Below are positions 1 through 9,657 of a DNA stretch of 64,000 bases, in pieces (within the stretch, counting starts at the first letter, position 1; the number at the start of each line of letters is the position of its first letter). Source of the stretch: Candidatus Campbellbacteria bacterium RIFOXYC2_FULL_35_25 (GTDB lineage: Bacteria; Patescibacteriota; Minisyncoccia; Phycocordibacterales; UBA12079); assembly GCA_001774495.1 (NCBI GenBank), contig MFAE01000014.1, positions 10,573 through 74,572 on the forward strand. Reading direction: 5' to 3'. Both the position numbers and the translations under genes were made by a program. The notes beneath the pieces are model-generated. The model was not told where the DNA came from. It was given only the letters and a program-made list of their open reading frames with translations, and did not search any database.

Positions 1-1
1 A

Positions 2-1966
2 AGAGCATTATTAAGAGAGCAGGGGATACAAGTTCCTGATGAAGTTAGAAAAATAACACAACAAAGTAAAAAATATTTTAAAAATCCTTTAGCTGAATTT
101 ATTTACTACCGTTCTTATTCACGTTGGAGAGAAAAAGACGGCAGAAGAGAGACTTGGATTGAAACTGTGGATAGATATATGGATTTTATGAAGGAAAATG
201 TCGGTAAGAAATTAAATGAAGGAGAATACAAAAAAGTAAGAGAATTTATTTTAACTCAAAAAACAATGCCATCCATGCGTTTAATGTGGAGTGCTGGTAC
301 TGCGGCAAGAAAGACAAATGTTTGTGGCTATAACTGTTCTTTCCTCGCAATTTCTGATCCTCAAGACTTCGGAGAAATCATGTATATCTCAATGTGTGGT
401 GGAGGAGTCGGTTTTAGTGTAGAAAGTCATAATGTTCAAAATCTCCCTCAAATAAAGAAACAAAATGGCGGAAAGATTAAAGCCCATGTCGTTGATGATA
501 GTAAAGAGGGCTGGGCAGATGCTTTTGTTTTAGGTATGAAAGCTTGGTTTGATGGAGGGGATGTTGAGTTTGATTATTCAAAACTTCGTGCTAAAGGAGC
601 AAAATTGAAGACTATGGGGGGGAAGAGTTCTGGACCTGATCCACTAATCGAATTAATGGGTTTTGTGAAGAGAAAGGTTTTAAATAGACAAGGGAAAAGA
701 CTTTCAAACTTGGATGTTCATGACATTGTTTGCAAGATAGGAGAAATCGTCGTGTCTGGTGGAGTAAGAAGAACAGCCTTAATCTCTTTGTCTGATTTAG
801 ATGACAGAGAAATGAGATCTGCGAAATTTGGTCAATTTTATATTACGGAACCTCAAAGAAGTATTGCGAATAATTCCGCTATTTATAATGAAAAGCCAAC
901 CAATCTTGAATTTATGGACGAATGGGTTGCTCTTATGAAGAGTGGTTCTGGAGAAAGAGGAATTTTTAATCGAGGCTCATTAGAAAAACAAATGCCAGAA
1001 AGAAGATGGGCAACTTTTAAGAAAGATTTAGATAGTTCAGGAGTAAATCCTTGCGGTGAAATTGTTTTAAAGTCAAAACAGTTTTGTAATCTATCAGAAA
1101 TAGTCGCGCGAGTAGACGATACCGAAAAAACACTTATTGAAAAAGCTAAAATTGCCGCGATTTTAGGAACATATCAATCAACCCTAACTAACTTTGGTTA
1201 TTTGTCTAAAGATTGGGAAAAGAATTGTAAGGAGGAAAGGTTGTTGGGAGTTTCGATTACTGGGCAATGGGATTGCAAGATTTTAAGAAACAATGATGCT
1301 TTGTTGAGAAAATTAAAAAATCAGATAATAAAAACAAACAGAGAATATGCAAAGAAGTTCGGGGTTAACGCTTCAACCGCCACTACTTGTGTTAAACCTT
1401 CAGGAACAGTTTCTCAACTAGTAGACTCTTCTTCAGGTATGCATCCAAGACACTCAGAATATTATATAAGAAGAGTTCGAATTTCATCTACGGACAGTTT
1501 GTTCGAAATGCTGAAAGACCAAGGAGTTCCTTATTACCCAGAAGTTGGGCAAAGTATGGAAACTGCAAATACCTATGTATTAGAGTTCCCAGTAAAGGCT
1601 CCACTTAAATCAGTTTTTAAAAATGACCTAACAGGTATTCAACAATTGGAACAATGGAAAGAGGTAAAGGTTAATTTTACAGAACACAATCCTTCGGTAA
1701 CGGTTTCTGTTGGGGAAAATGAATGGATAGAAGTAGGGAATTGGGTTTATGAAAATTGGGAAATTGTTGGAGGACTTTCATTTTTGCCTCGCTCCAACCA
1801 TGTTTACAAAATGGCTCCGTATGAAGAGATAGACAAGAAGACTTATGAAGAAATGTTAAAAAGATTCAAGAACATAGATTTCTCCAAGATTGTTACTTAC
1901 GAAAAAGAAGACGAGACCGAGGGAGCAAAAGAGATGGCTTGTGTAGCAGGGCTTTGTGAGGTGTAA
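2..1966 (+). CDS. nrdJ: Class II (adenosylcobalamin-dependent) ribonucleotide reductase, 5' end outside window
   Basis: Frame open from base 2 (RALLREQ...YYRSYSRW...RETWIETVDRY). Motifs NCSF, VSGGVRRTA, NPCGEI, TCVKPSGTVS and C-terminal ACVAGLCEV. Confidence 0.93.
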   Translation, partial: RALLREQGIQVPDEVRKITQQSKKYFKNPLAEFIYYRSYSRWREKDGRRETWIETVDRYMDFMKENVGKKLNEGEYKKVREFILTQKTMPSMRLMWSAGTAARKTNVCGYNCSFLAISDPQDFGEIMYISMCGGGVGFSVESHNVQNLPQIKKQNGGKIKAHVVDDSKEGWADAFVLGMKAWFDGGDVEFDYSKLRAKGAKLKTMGGKSSGPDPLIELMGFVKRKVLNRQGKRLSNLDVHDIVCKIGEIVVSGGVRRTALISLSDLDDREMRSAKFGQFYITEPQRSIANNSAIYNEKPTNLEFMDEWVALMKSGSGERGIFNRGSLEKQMPERRWATFKKDLDSSGVNPCGEIVLKSKQFCNLSEIVARVDDTEKTLIEKAKIAAILGTYQSTLTNFGYLSKDWEKNCKEERLLGVSITGQWDCKILRNNDALLRKLKNQIIKTNREYAKKFGVNASTATTCVKPSGTVSQLVDSSSGMHPRHSEYYIRRVRISSTDSLFEMLKDQGVPYYPEVGQSMETANTYVLEFPVKAPLKSVFKNDLTGIQQLEQWKEVKVNFTEHNPSVTVSVGENEWIEVGNWVYENWEIVGGLSFLPRSNHVYKMAPYEEIDKKTYEEMLKRFKNIDFSKIVTYEKEDETEGAKEMACVAGLCEV

Positions 1967-1997
1967 GTAAGATTTAAGATTTAAGATTTAGGAATAA

Positions 1998-2042
1998 AAA
2001 ACAAATGGCTCAAATTGCTTCGCAATTTGAGCCATTTGTTTT
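1998..2042. terminator. Intrinsic terminator after nrdJ
   Basis: Inverted repeat aaaacaaatggctcaaattgc / gcaatttgagccatttgtttt. Confidence 0.8.
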
Positions 2043-2221
2043 CTTTGTGGAGGCAAGGTATGAAGTAATTTAGAGGTAAAGACTCCATTGAGAAGGTTCG
2101 TATAGGTAAGTTACTTAAATTTTAGCTATTTTGTTTGACAAATACTTTTGTTTGTTATATAATTAATAATAGAAATAGAGTTGGCATAAGGCTGACTCTG
2201 AAAAATCACGGGGGTGATAAG

Positions 2222-2395
2222 ATGGCTCGACAGGTTGTTATTATAGAAAAAAACGGAAGCAAGACTACCCAAAGGGTAATTTGGGTAGAAGAAGGCAGAA
2301 GGGCTTCTCAGGTGAGCGCCGAAACCTTCTTTTCAACTTCGGCTGGGAGGGGAAGTAACCCCAAACGACTTCGTCAATCTGCTCGTATTCGCTAG
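2222..2395 (+). CDS. Small basic hypothetical protein (57 aa, MARQVVIIEK...)
   Basis: GGGGGTGA SD-like sequence before ATG 2222, TTGACA/TATAAT promoter upstream, hairpin terminator at ~2411-2448. Confidence 0.55.
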   Translation: MARQVVIIEKNGSKTTQRVIWVEEGRRASQVSAETFFSTSAGRGSNPKRLRQSARIR

Positions 2396-2581
2396 CGCTA
2401 ACATGAGCACAAAAAGCCCTGGGAGGATTCACATCTCCCGGGGCTTTCATTTTTATTTGATTTTTTTTAGAAATCGTGTAATATATAGTGATTATATGGA
2501 GCGAGCATATAATTACGTCACTCGGATTATATAAAAACACATTATTATCATAATCGTTTTTACAAATCCTCGCTAGAAATT

Positions 2582-2899
2582 ATGAAATTTGCAGTAATAG
2601 AAACAGGAGGAAAACAATATAAGGTATCAGAAGGTGATATCATTAAGATTGAGAAACTTTCCGATGAAAATAAAGTAGGAGATAAGATAACTTTTGATAA
2701 GGTGCTTCTTATTGATGATGGAAAAACAACAAAGATAGGTTCTCCTTATATAGCAAAAGCTGTTGTTTCCGCAACACTTGAAGAAGAAGGAAAAGACAAA
2801 AAAATTCACATCATAAAATTTAAATCAAAGAGTAACTATTCAAAGAAGATAGGACACCGACAACCTTTTAATAAGGTAAAAGTTGAGAAGATTGCTTAA
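2582..2899 (+). CDS. rplU: 50S ribosomal protein L21
   Basis: MKFAVIETGGKQYKV...GHRQ signature. Confidence 0.97.
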   Translation: MKFAVIETGGKQYKVSEGDIIKIEKLSDENKVGDKITFDKVLLIDDGKTTKIGSPYIAKAVVSATLEEEGKDKKIHIIKFKSKSNYSKKIGHRQPFNKVKVEKIA

Positions 2900-2904
2900 A
2901 TGAT

Positions 2905-2928
2905 AAAATCCCCGCAAGGGGATTTTTT
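2905..2928. terminator. Bidirectional intrinsic terminator
   Basis: aaaatcccc-gcaa-ggggattttt. Confidence 0.8.
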
Positions 2929-2951
2929 AGTAGGTTCTATGGAAAGTAAGT

Positions 2952-3107
2952 TTATTTCCTCGTCCTTATTATGAGAGGAAGTTTTGAAAAAAGATTTCTT
3001 TTGAGAGACTGCACTCTCCTGAATAATTTGCTAAAGTGAGATTTCTCCTTTAAAAAATTTTTACGTTCTTGGCGGGTGAAAGGAAATACTTTTCTTTTTG
3101 TAGGCAT
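2952..3107 (-). CDS. Small Lys/Arg-rich protein (51 aa, MPTKRKVFPFTRQERKNFLKEKSHFSKLFRRVQSLKRNLFSKLPLIIRTRK), not in ORF track
   Basis: Hand translation; GAGGAGG SD 4 nt before ATG; ends next to the rplU terminator. Confidence 0.5.
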   Translation of the reverse strand: MPTKRKVFPFTRQERKNFLKEKSHFSKLFRRVQSLKRNLFSKLPLIIRTRK

Positions 3108-3224
3108 AGAACCTCCTCGTAAGTTGAAAGGACCATTATTTTTCTAAATAAACAATAGCAAAGGTATGTTTAGTTTACAAGTTTTTAGGTAGCAAAAGCG
3201 CTAGAATTTTTATCCTTTTTGTAT

Positions 3225-3331
3225 TATAATTGCGAGCGAGGATAAATAAGAATAAATCTAAATTTATTCTTATTATATCCGAGCGAAGGAATTATATGCT
3301 TCGCATATAATTGCGAGCGAGGATAAATAAG
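3225..3331. repeat. 26-bp direct repeat (tataattgcgagcgaggataaataag x2) enclosing hairpins, upstream of tRNA-Cys
   Basis: Copies at 3225-3250 and 3306-3331. Confidence 0.75.
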
Positions 3332-3347
3332 GGGGAATCGGATAAAA

Positions 3348-3419
3348 GGCGTAGTGGCGAAGTGGTAACGCTGTGGTTTGCAAAACCACCATGCGCCGGT
3401 TCGATTCCGGCCTACGCCT
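3348..3419 (+). tRNA. tRNA-Cys(GCA)
   Basis: Acceptor ggcgtag/ctacgcc, anticodon loop ttGCAaa, T-loop GGTTCGATTCC. Confidence 0.95.
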
Positions 3420-3436
3420 CAGTTGTTCTTTAAATT

Positions 3437-3518
3437 GCCTAGGTGGCGGAATTGGTATACGCGCACGACTTAAAATCGTGTCTCTCACGGGATGCGGGTT
3501 CGACTCCCGCCCTAGGCA
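3437..3518 (+). tRNA. tRNA-Leu(TAA)
   Basis: Acceptor gcctagg/cctaggc, loop ctTAAaa, long variable arm, GGTTCGACTCC. Confidence 0.95.
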
Positions 3519-3900
3519 CATTAGAAATACTAAATATAATTTATTAAAAATTATATTTAGTATTTCTAATTCGTAAGTTGAGGGAGTCGAACAGAACTTT
3601 TTAAAAGCAAATTTCTTTGCTTTTAAAAAGTCCGAGGCTTCGGAGGAAAAAATTTTGATGTCGTTTCACGACCAAAAATTTTTGGAGGAGAAGGACTCCC
3701 GCCCTAGGCACATTAGAAACATTGAATATATTTTTTGTGGGGTATATTCAATGTTTCTAATCCGTAGGTTGCGGGAGTCGAACAGAACTTTTTAAAAGCA
3801 AATTTTTTTGCTTTTAAAAAGTCCGAGGCTTCGGAGGAAAAAGTTTTCTTTATCGCTTTGCGATTGAAAACTTTTGAGGGAGAAGGACTCCCGCCCTAGG
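3502..3900 (+). repeat. Two tandem 192-bp structured units, each ending in a copy of the tRNA-Leu 3' end
   Basis: gactcccgccctagg at 3502, 3694 and 3886; internal hairpins; antisense T-arm gggagtcgaac in each unit. Confidence 0.9.
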
Positions 3901-3914
3901 AAAATTAGAAATAT

Positions 3915-3987
3915 CCGTTCGTAGCTCAGTTGGTAGAGCAACCGGCTCTTAACCGGTAGGTCGAAGGTTCGAACCCTTCCGAGCGGA
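3915..3987 (+). tRNA. tRNA-Lys(CTT)
   Basis: Acceptor ccgttcg/cgagcgg, TAGCTCAGTTGG D-arm, loop ctCTTaa, GGTTCGAACCC. Confidence 0.93.
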
Positions 3988-4181
3988 CAAGTGAGCCCTT
4001 TTTGGGCGAGCGCGGAAGTTCGGAGAAAAGCAAACAATTTTGCTTTTCGTAAGGGTTCGAACGACGGAACATGTCGAGCAGAGCGAGACAGTGAGTCGCG
4101 TCCAGTAGTACTTAAATTTTTACGAGCGAAGCGAAGTAAAAAGTTTAGTAACTATGGGACGAACCCTTCCGAGCGGACAAG
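3988..4181 (+). repeat. Structured element ending in a duplicate of the tRNA-Lys 3' end
   Basis: cgaacccttccgagcggacaag at 3970 and 4160; antisense T-arm aagggttcgaac at 4051-4062. Confidence 0.85.
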
Positions 4182-4245
4182 CGAGTCTTTATTAGATGAG
4201 CATAAAAAAAGTACAAAAACATTTATAAATTAAAAAATAATAAGT

Positions 4246-4404
4246 ATGTCACAAGATCAATTGATAAAACTAGCATGCCAGGATTGTAAAAGGATTAATT
4301 ACTGGAGCAGGAAAAACAAAAAACTTGTCACCAAAAAGATAGAACTTAAAAAGTTTTGTAAGTGGTGTAAGAAGCAGACTAATCACAAAGAAGTTAAGAA
4401 ATAA
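4246..4404 (+). CDS. rpmG: 50S ribosomal protein L33 (zinc-binding type), not in ORF track
   Basis: Hand translation MSQDQLIKLACQDCKRINYWSRKNKKLVTKKIELKKFCKWCKKQTNHKEVKK. Confidence 0.95.
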   Translation: MSQDQLIKLACQDCKRINYWSRKNKKLVTKKIELKKFCKWCKKQTNHKEVKK

Positions 4405-4409
4405 ACTTA

Positions 4410-4512
4410 AATTTAGCGCAGGGCTTTGTCGGTTTCAGAAAAATTTGTTTCACCGTATTTGTAATACGTTTCAAAAAATTTTTCCTTACCTCCTCGCCCT
4501 GCATCTAAATTA
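4410..4512. repeat. ~100-bp palindromic REP/MITE-like element
   Basis: Terminal inverted repeats aatttagcgcagggc / gccctgcatctaaatt with an inner hairpin. Confidence 0.6.
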
Positions 4513-4567
4513 AAATTTATTTAACGATTTTGTAATTTGGTGATTGAAATTTGTTATTTTAAACACT

Positions 4568-4639
4568 GGGTCTATAGTTTCAATGGTAAAACATCGGTTT
4601 CCAAAACCGCAGTTCGAGGTTCGAGTCCTCGTGGACCCG
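4568..4639 (+). tRNA. tRNA-Trp(CCA)
   Basis: Acceptor gggtcta/tggaccc, loop ttCCAaa, GGTTCGAGTCC. Confidence 0.92.
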
Positions 4640-4872
4640 CAAAATAAAAGCCCCCTAAGGGGGCTTTTATTTTGCGGGTCCACAGCAAAGTGCCTGCGCA
4701 CTTTGCGTGAGGACTCGAACGGCGGAGACATGTTTTGCAAAGCAAAACAGTCGAGCCGCGTCCAGCGATACTTTGTAAATTTTGAGGTACGAAAAAATTT
4801 ACTTAGTAATCGCGGGACGAGTCCTCGTGAAAGTGCCTGCGCACTTTGCGTGAGGGCTCGAACGGCGGAGCA
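4640..4872 (+). repeat. Structured element duplicating part of the tRNA-Trp 3' end, plus a partial second unit
   Basis: cgagtcctcgtg at 4622 and 4818; antisense gaggactcgaac at 4709; aaagtgcctgcgcactttgcgtgagg occurs twice. Confidence 0.85.
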
Positions 4873-4940
4873 GTTTTGTGAATATAAAAAAGAGGTGTGC
4901 CCATCACGAGCACACCTCCTTGTTCTTAAACCCAGAGCCA

Positions 4941-5504
4941 TTAGTTTGGCCATGCTTCAATCAAAGCTTCGAGAATTCTTGCCATTTCCATACTGCCACC
5001 ACATTGCCCAGTGACGATTGCTTCGTCGACAAACCCATGTTTTTTGAGGTTCTGTAGACTCGGAAATTTATCCTTAAGGCCACAATCGCAAGTTAGCGTC
5101 GCGATGTAAGCATCCGGGAAGTCATCCCTTAAGGACTCGGTAAAATGAGTGGCTTCAGAAAAGCCAGACAGCCCGAGGTAAATCATGAAAAATAGGTTCT
5201 CGTGCAGGACAACTTCTGGATGTTCCCCGAGCAAACATTGTTCTACGTTTTGCTGGCAAATACTGGCCCTCATCTCCATTTGTGAAGGAGATGACCATTC
5301 CGAAACTCGTTCTCTGTGTCCATTTTCCGTTTCGCTCGCCGAGTAAACACTCAAACCTTGTTTCCCCGTGTCCACTTGGCCCCTATAACCCTGAATGCTG
5401 TTATAGGAGGTGAAGACGGCCGATAATTGACTTTTGCCTTTAATAATTTCTGGTATCTTCGCAATAAAATCTTCGGGTTTGATTAGCATCTCGGATTCCT
5501 CCAC
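4941..5504 (-). CDS. Hypothetical protein (GC-richer than flanks)
   Basis: 187-aa ORF; no family recognised; start uncertain. Confidence 0.6.
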   Translation of the reverse strand: MEESEMLIKPEDFIAKIPEIIKGKSQLSAVFTSYNSIQGYRGQVDTGKQGLSVYSASETENGHRERVSEWSSPSQMEMRASICQQNVEQCLLGEHPEVVLHENLFFMIYLGLSGFSEATHFTESLRDDFPDAYIATLTCDCGLKDKFPSLQNLKKHGFVDEAIVTGQCGGSMEMARILEALIEAWPN

Positions 5505-5606
5505 AGAGAAGATTAATATAAAAGACTACCTACTCGAAATCTACGGTAAAAGGTACCAGGAAAAAATATTTTTGTCAACAAAAAACCCCTTACGGGGTTC
5601 CTCAAA

Positions 5607-5936
5607 CTAAGACCGGCTTTCCTTAGATATTTCATCAATCCTTTGCCTATTTTTTTCTCCTTTATCTATTTCAAAATCAAAAAAGGGAACTGATTTCATC
5701 TTTAATTTACTCTTTGCAAAACTCTTGAAGTCTTTCCTTTTTCTCTTTACGAAATTTAGCGCCGATTCTTCTCCAGCAGTTGGATAAACTGTTATAAAAA
5801 TTGTAGCACGTTTTAAGTCTTTTGAAACATCCGCGCTTGTAACCGTAATCAAAGAAGTATAGTTAGATTCGTTCTGCAAAAACTGTGCCGCCAAGCTCTT
5901 TAATAATTCTGTTACTTTTTCTTGTCTTTGGGTCAT
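5607..5936 (-). CDS. rbfA: Ribosome-binding factor A
   Basis: ITVTSADVSKDLKRATIF...VPFFDFEID; downstream of infB. Confidence 0.92.
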   Translation of the reverse strand: MTQRQEKVTELLKSLAAQFLQNESNYTSLITVTSADVSKDLKRATIFITVYPTAGEESALNFVKRKRKDFKSFAKSKLKMKSVPFFDFEIDKGEKNRQRIDEISKESRS

Positions 5937-6026
5937 AAATTAGTTTTTAGTCTATAGTTTTTAGTTTTTAGATTTGGGAATTAAATTAAATATTAATAAT
6001 TTGTATTCTTATTAGAAATTTATTTT

Positions 6027-7562
6027 CTATTCTTCAACTACGATAAATGCTTCTAGTATATCTCCTGGGGCAATTTCTTTTTTTGATTCAACTACCGAGC
6101 CAAATTCTTCTCCTTCTCTAACTTCTTTGGTTTCGATTTTTTGAGACTGTAAACCAAGAACCTTTCCTTCTCCTATTTCATGCTCTCTTCTTGATATTTT
6201 AACTTTTGCACCGACAGAGATGGTTCCTTCTAATATTTTTCCTCCAATCACTTGCTTGTCTTTTGTTTGGCTAAAAATTCTTATTATTTTCGCCTTACCT
6301 ATAACTTTATTTGTCTTTACCTTGGGAGTTTTTTCTTTTATTTTTTCTTCTAACCACTCAGTCAATTTATATATTATATTGAAAGTATTTGTTTGAATTT
6401 TCATTTTCTCTGAAGAATCCTTGGCCTCTCTGTCTATTTTTACATTGAATCCAACTACGATAGTATTTGGGTCTCCTCCCGCTGTTTGGATATCATTTTC
6501 TGTTACATTTCCGACTCCCGCTTTAATTATTTTTACTGTAACTCGTTCATTTTTGATTTTCTCTATTTCGTGTTGAATTGCCTCTAGGGTTCCGAGAACA
6601 TCCACTTTTATGATTATTGGGATTATGGCTTTTTCTCCAGTAAAATCTGTTTCAGTGGCTCCCTGTTCTTTTGTCCCTTTGTTTTCTTTTATTTCTTTAC
6701 TTGCTATATATTCAAGTGCTTTTTTTTCAGCATCTTTTTTGGAACTGAAAGAATAAAAAGGGGAACCCACGGTGGGGATCTCCTTAAACCCTGTGACTTT
6801 TATTGGGCTCGAGAAAGAAGCTTCTTTTATTGGTTCGCCCAAGAAATTATTCATTGTCCTGACTGGTGCATATTTATCTTCGCAAACAATGAAAGAACCT
6901 GTTTTTAATGTTCCATCTTTAACCACCAAAGTAACACAAACTCCTTTTTTGGAATCGTGGTTGGCTTCAAGAACAATCCCTTCAGCTAATTTACTCTCAT
7001 CACTCCTTAATTCTTCCATTTCTGCCATTAAAAGGACGTTATCAAGCAATTCAGACACTCCTTCTCCTGTCTTGGCTGATATCGGGTTGTAGGGGATATC
7101 CCCACCATAACCTTCCAAATATATTTCATTTTCAATTAAGTTCTGTTTTACTTTCTCAACATTGGCTCCGGGTCTGTCTATTTTATTAATAGCCACAATA
7201 AAAGGAATCCCGGCTTCTTTTATGGACTTCAGAGCCTCTAGTGTTTGTGGCTTTGGTCCTTCTTCGGCTGATATGATAAGAATAGCAATATCAGCTATAT
7301 TTGCCCCTCTTAGACGCATAGCAGTAAAGGCCGCGTGTCCTGGGGTGTCGAGAAAAGTTATTTTTTTATTTTTTCCATCCTTGGTTTTATGGACAACTTC
7401 ATAGGCTGAAATATGCTGGGTAATTCCTCCCGCTTCTCCCTCAACAATATTTGATTTTCTTATGTAGTCTAGGAGGGCAGATTTTCCATGGTCAATATGC
7501 CCCATAATAGCAATTACAGGCGGTCTCTCAACAGTATTGTTTTTTTCTGCATTTTTATCCAT
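6027..7562 (-). CDS. infB: Translation initiation factor IF-2 (short form)
   Basis: RPPVIAIMGHIDHGKS, EAGGITQHI, DTPGH, NKID. Confidence 0.97.
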   Translation of the reverse strand: MDKNAEKNNTVERPPVIAIMGHIDHGKSALLDYIRKSNIVEGEAGGITQHISAYEVVHKTKDGKNKKITFLDTPGHAAFTAMRLRGANIADIAILIISAEEGPKPQTLEALKSIKEAGIPFIVAINKIDRPGANVEKVKQNLIENEIYLEGYGGDIPYNPISAKTGEGVSELLDNVLLMAEMEELRSDESKLAEGIVLEANHDSKKGVCVTLVVKDGTLKTGSFIVCEDKYAPVRTMNNFLGEPIKEASFSSPIKVTGFKEIPTVGSPFYSFSSKKDAEKKALEYIASKEIKENKGTKEQGATETDFTGEKAIIPIIIKVDVLGTLEAIQHEIEKIKNERVTVKIIKAGVGNVTENDIQTAGGDPNTIVVGFNVKIDREAKDSSEKMKIQTNTFNIIYKLTEWLEEKIKEKTPKVKTNKVIGKAKIIRIFSQTKDKQVIGGKILEGTISVGAKVKISRREHEIGEGKVLGLQSQKIETKEVREGEEFGSVVESKKEIAPGDILEAFIVVEE

Positions 7563-7601
7563 ATTATTTTTTTTGAAATGTGAAGCCTCTTCATAAAAGT
7601 A

Positions 7602-8069
7602 TTACTTACCTTTATTCAATTTCACCTTTTGCAAAACCTCTTTTTCTTCTCCTGACAACTCATGTTCACAAAGCCAATTCTTTATTGGTTTCGCAAAAAC
7701 ACTGACCTTTTCTCTAGAATAAAGACTTGATATAACAACTCCGTTTCCATTGTTGTCGATCATGGCTGTAGCAAAGCTTTGATTTCCGCCGATGCCATCT
7801 CCTTTGAAAGGATTAAATCTTACTGTTTCAATTCCTTGAATAGATTTGTCTATTTCTACATCTATACTTTGAATTTTATTATTTGTGGCATTCTTAAATT
7901 CATTTAGAATATTTGTATTTTTTTGAAGAGCTCCAATTTGGTCATTCAAATTCTGATTATTTTTTACAGAAGGAATGTTCTTAATTTTTACTTCAAGTCG
8001 AATAATCCACAAAATCAGTAAAAAACTGATAGCAATTAGGGAATAAATCATTATTTCTTCTGTTGACAT
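7602..8069 (-). CDS. DUF4446-family membrane-anchored protein
   Basis: N-terminal TM, coiled coil, VRFNPF..GGNQSFATA...GVVISSLYSRE, LSGEEKE. Confidence 0.8.
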   Translation of the reverse strand: MSTEEIMIYSLIAISFLLILWIIRLEVKIKNIPSVKNNQNLNDQIGALQKNTNILNEFKNATNNKIQSIDVEIDKSIQGIETVRFNPFKGDGIGGNQSFATAMIDNNGNGVVISSLYSREKVSVFAKPIKNWLCEHELSGEEKEVLQKVKLNKGK

Positions 8070-8145
8070 AACTATAAAAATTAACTTATATACTTAAAGA
8101 TTATACATTTTTAATGCTTTTTTGCAATTTTATGTAATTTATAAT

Positions 8146-8910
8146 TTATATTACTTCGATTGTGTAATTATAATTTGCGAAATGTTTTTCAACCATTTTT
8201 CTGAAATTCGGAGAATCTTGGGAAATTATAAATTTTAGTTCACCATCTCCAACATTATTATTAAACTTTGAGAGAGCGGTTTCGGCTACAACAGAAGCTG
8301 GGTCAAAGATTTCAACTTTTCTCCCAATTTTTTTAAAAGATTGCTCAAATTTATCTAGGAAGAAAGGATAGTGAGTACAACATAAAATAACCTTATCAAA
8401 ATTATCTTGGGAGACCCCTGTTGTTGCCTCATCGATTATTCTTTCAATTTCATTTTCATCTGCTCCAAATTCAATTGCTCCAGCTAACTCGGCAATCGGA
8501 AATGTTTTTATTTCTACGTTATGTTTTCTAAAATTTTCTTGGTATGCCCCTGACTCTATTGTGGCTGGTGTAGCAAAGATCAAGATTTCCCCAGAATGAT
8601 TTTTAAATTCTGATACGGTTGGGTTTATCATCTCAACTATTCCAAACGGAACATCCGACAAGAGTCCAATTTCTTCAAGAACCATAAAAGCGGAAACACT
8701 ATTGCAAGCGCTTAAAATATTTGTTGCCCCATTTTCAAGAAGTTTTTTTACTCCAAGAGCGGTTAATATTTTTAAATCGTCTTGCGTTTTTATTCCATAA
8801 GGAGCATTTTTTATATCACCAAAATAAACCACATCTGTTTGCGGAGATTTTTCTTTGAGAGCTTTTAAAACAGTAAGCCCTCCGATTCCTGAATCAAAAA
8901 TACCAATCAT
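8146..8910 (-). CDS. murI: Glutamate racemase
   Basis: IGIFDSGIGGLTV, PYG, ACNS, LCCTHYP. Confidence 0.92.
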   Translation of the reverse strand: MIGIFDSGIGGLTVLKALKEKSPQTDVVYFGDIKNAPYGIKTQDDLKILTALGVKKLLENGATNILSACNSVSAFMVLEEIGLLSDVPFGIVEMINPTVSEFKNHSGEILIFATPATIESGAYQENFRKHNVEIKTFPIAELAGAIEFGADENEIERIIDEATTGVSQDNFDKVILCCTHYPFFLDKFEQSFKKIGRKVEIFDPASVVAETALSKFNNNVGDGELKFIISQDSPNFRKMVEKHFANYNYTIEVI

Positions 8911-8982
8911 GAGGATAATTATACTCTGAGAGTCAAAAAGTTAAAAGTTTAAGAGCTCTTTTTATGAAAAGAGAGGTTGAGG

Positions 8983-9537
8983 TTATTCTTGCGCTAAAAT
9001 AAGAATAATGTCATCAGAATTATATAAATTAAGACCTATTCCATCTGGACCGTATGATCCAAGAGCAACGGCGTTTTCTCCTGCTACAGTATAGTCCGTG
9101 TCGAGAAAATAAGGATGTCCCCATGGGTCAATTATATTTGCATTGATATAAGGTCCCCGCCATCCTGAGTAAGGAGTGATAGGGTCGTTAGCTGTTAGAC
9201 CAGCCGATGCAACTGTAATATCTTCTACCTCATTACTTCCACAGGCACCACAAACACTGTAGGGAGTCTGGTGCCCTGGCCATTCTCCAGTATCCATTTC
9301 CATTACTTCCATTGCTGTGCGTATATTACCAAGTTCAGCTATTGCTTTGGCAGTACGGGCTTTTGCTCGGGCACCATTTAAGGAAGCCATGACCACAGAG
9401 GATAAAATACCAATAATTGCGATAACCACTAGGAGTTCGATTAAAGTGAAACCAAAGTTATTTGATAGTTGATAGTTTTTAGTTTTTAGTAATAAAAATT
9501 TGCTACGTAAATTTTTATCTTTTTTATTCTTTAACAT
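8983..9537 (-). CDS. Type IV pilin / GspG-like pseudopilin
   Basis: GFTLIELLVVIAIIGIL N-methylation motif; WRGPY, DPWGHPY, SYGPDG, SDDI. Confidence 0.9.
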   Translation of the reverse strand: MLKNKKDKNLRSKFLLLKTKNYQLSNNFGFTLIELLVVIAIIGILSSVVMASLNGARAKARTAKAIAELGNIRTAMEVMEMDTGEWPGHQTPYSVCGACGSNEVEDITVASAGLTANDPITPYSGWRGPYINANIIDPWGHPYFLDTDYTVAGENAVALGSYGPDGIGLNLYNSDDIILILAQE

Positions 9538-9657
9538 TTTTTTATTATATCAATTTTTTTGTTTTTTGTTTTCAACAGAATAGAGGATTGTTCCTAATTC
9601 TTTATTTTTTGATTCGCGTATAGTTTTATGCGATAATGAATCTAATTATAACTCATT

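Noticed and set aside
2-1966. B12-dependent RNR as a novelty
   Set aside because: Class II RNRs are widespread, and no intein or intron is visible
3502-3900. CRISPR array
   Set aside because: Only three short repeats, which are tRNA 3' ends; the 'spacers' are ~175 bp and homologous to each other; no cas genes in the window
3273-5014. Track ORFs overlapping tRNAs and their repeats (3273, 3373, 3792, 3991, 4510, 4544)
   Set aside because: Shadow frames over RNA genes and palindromic elements
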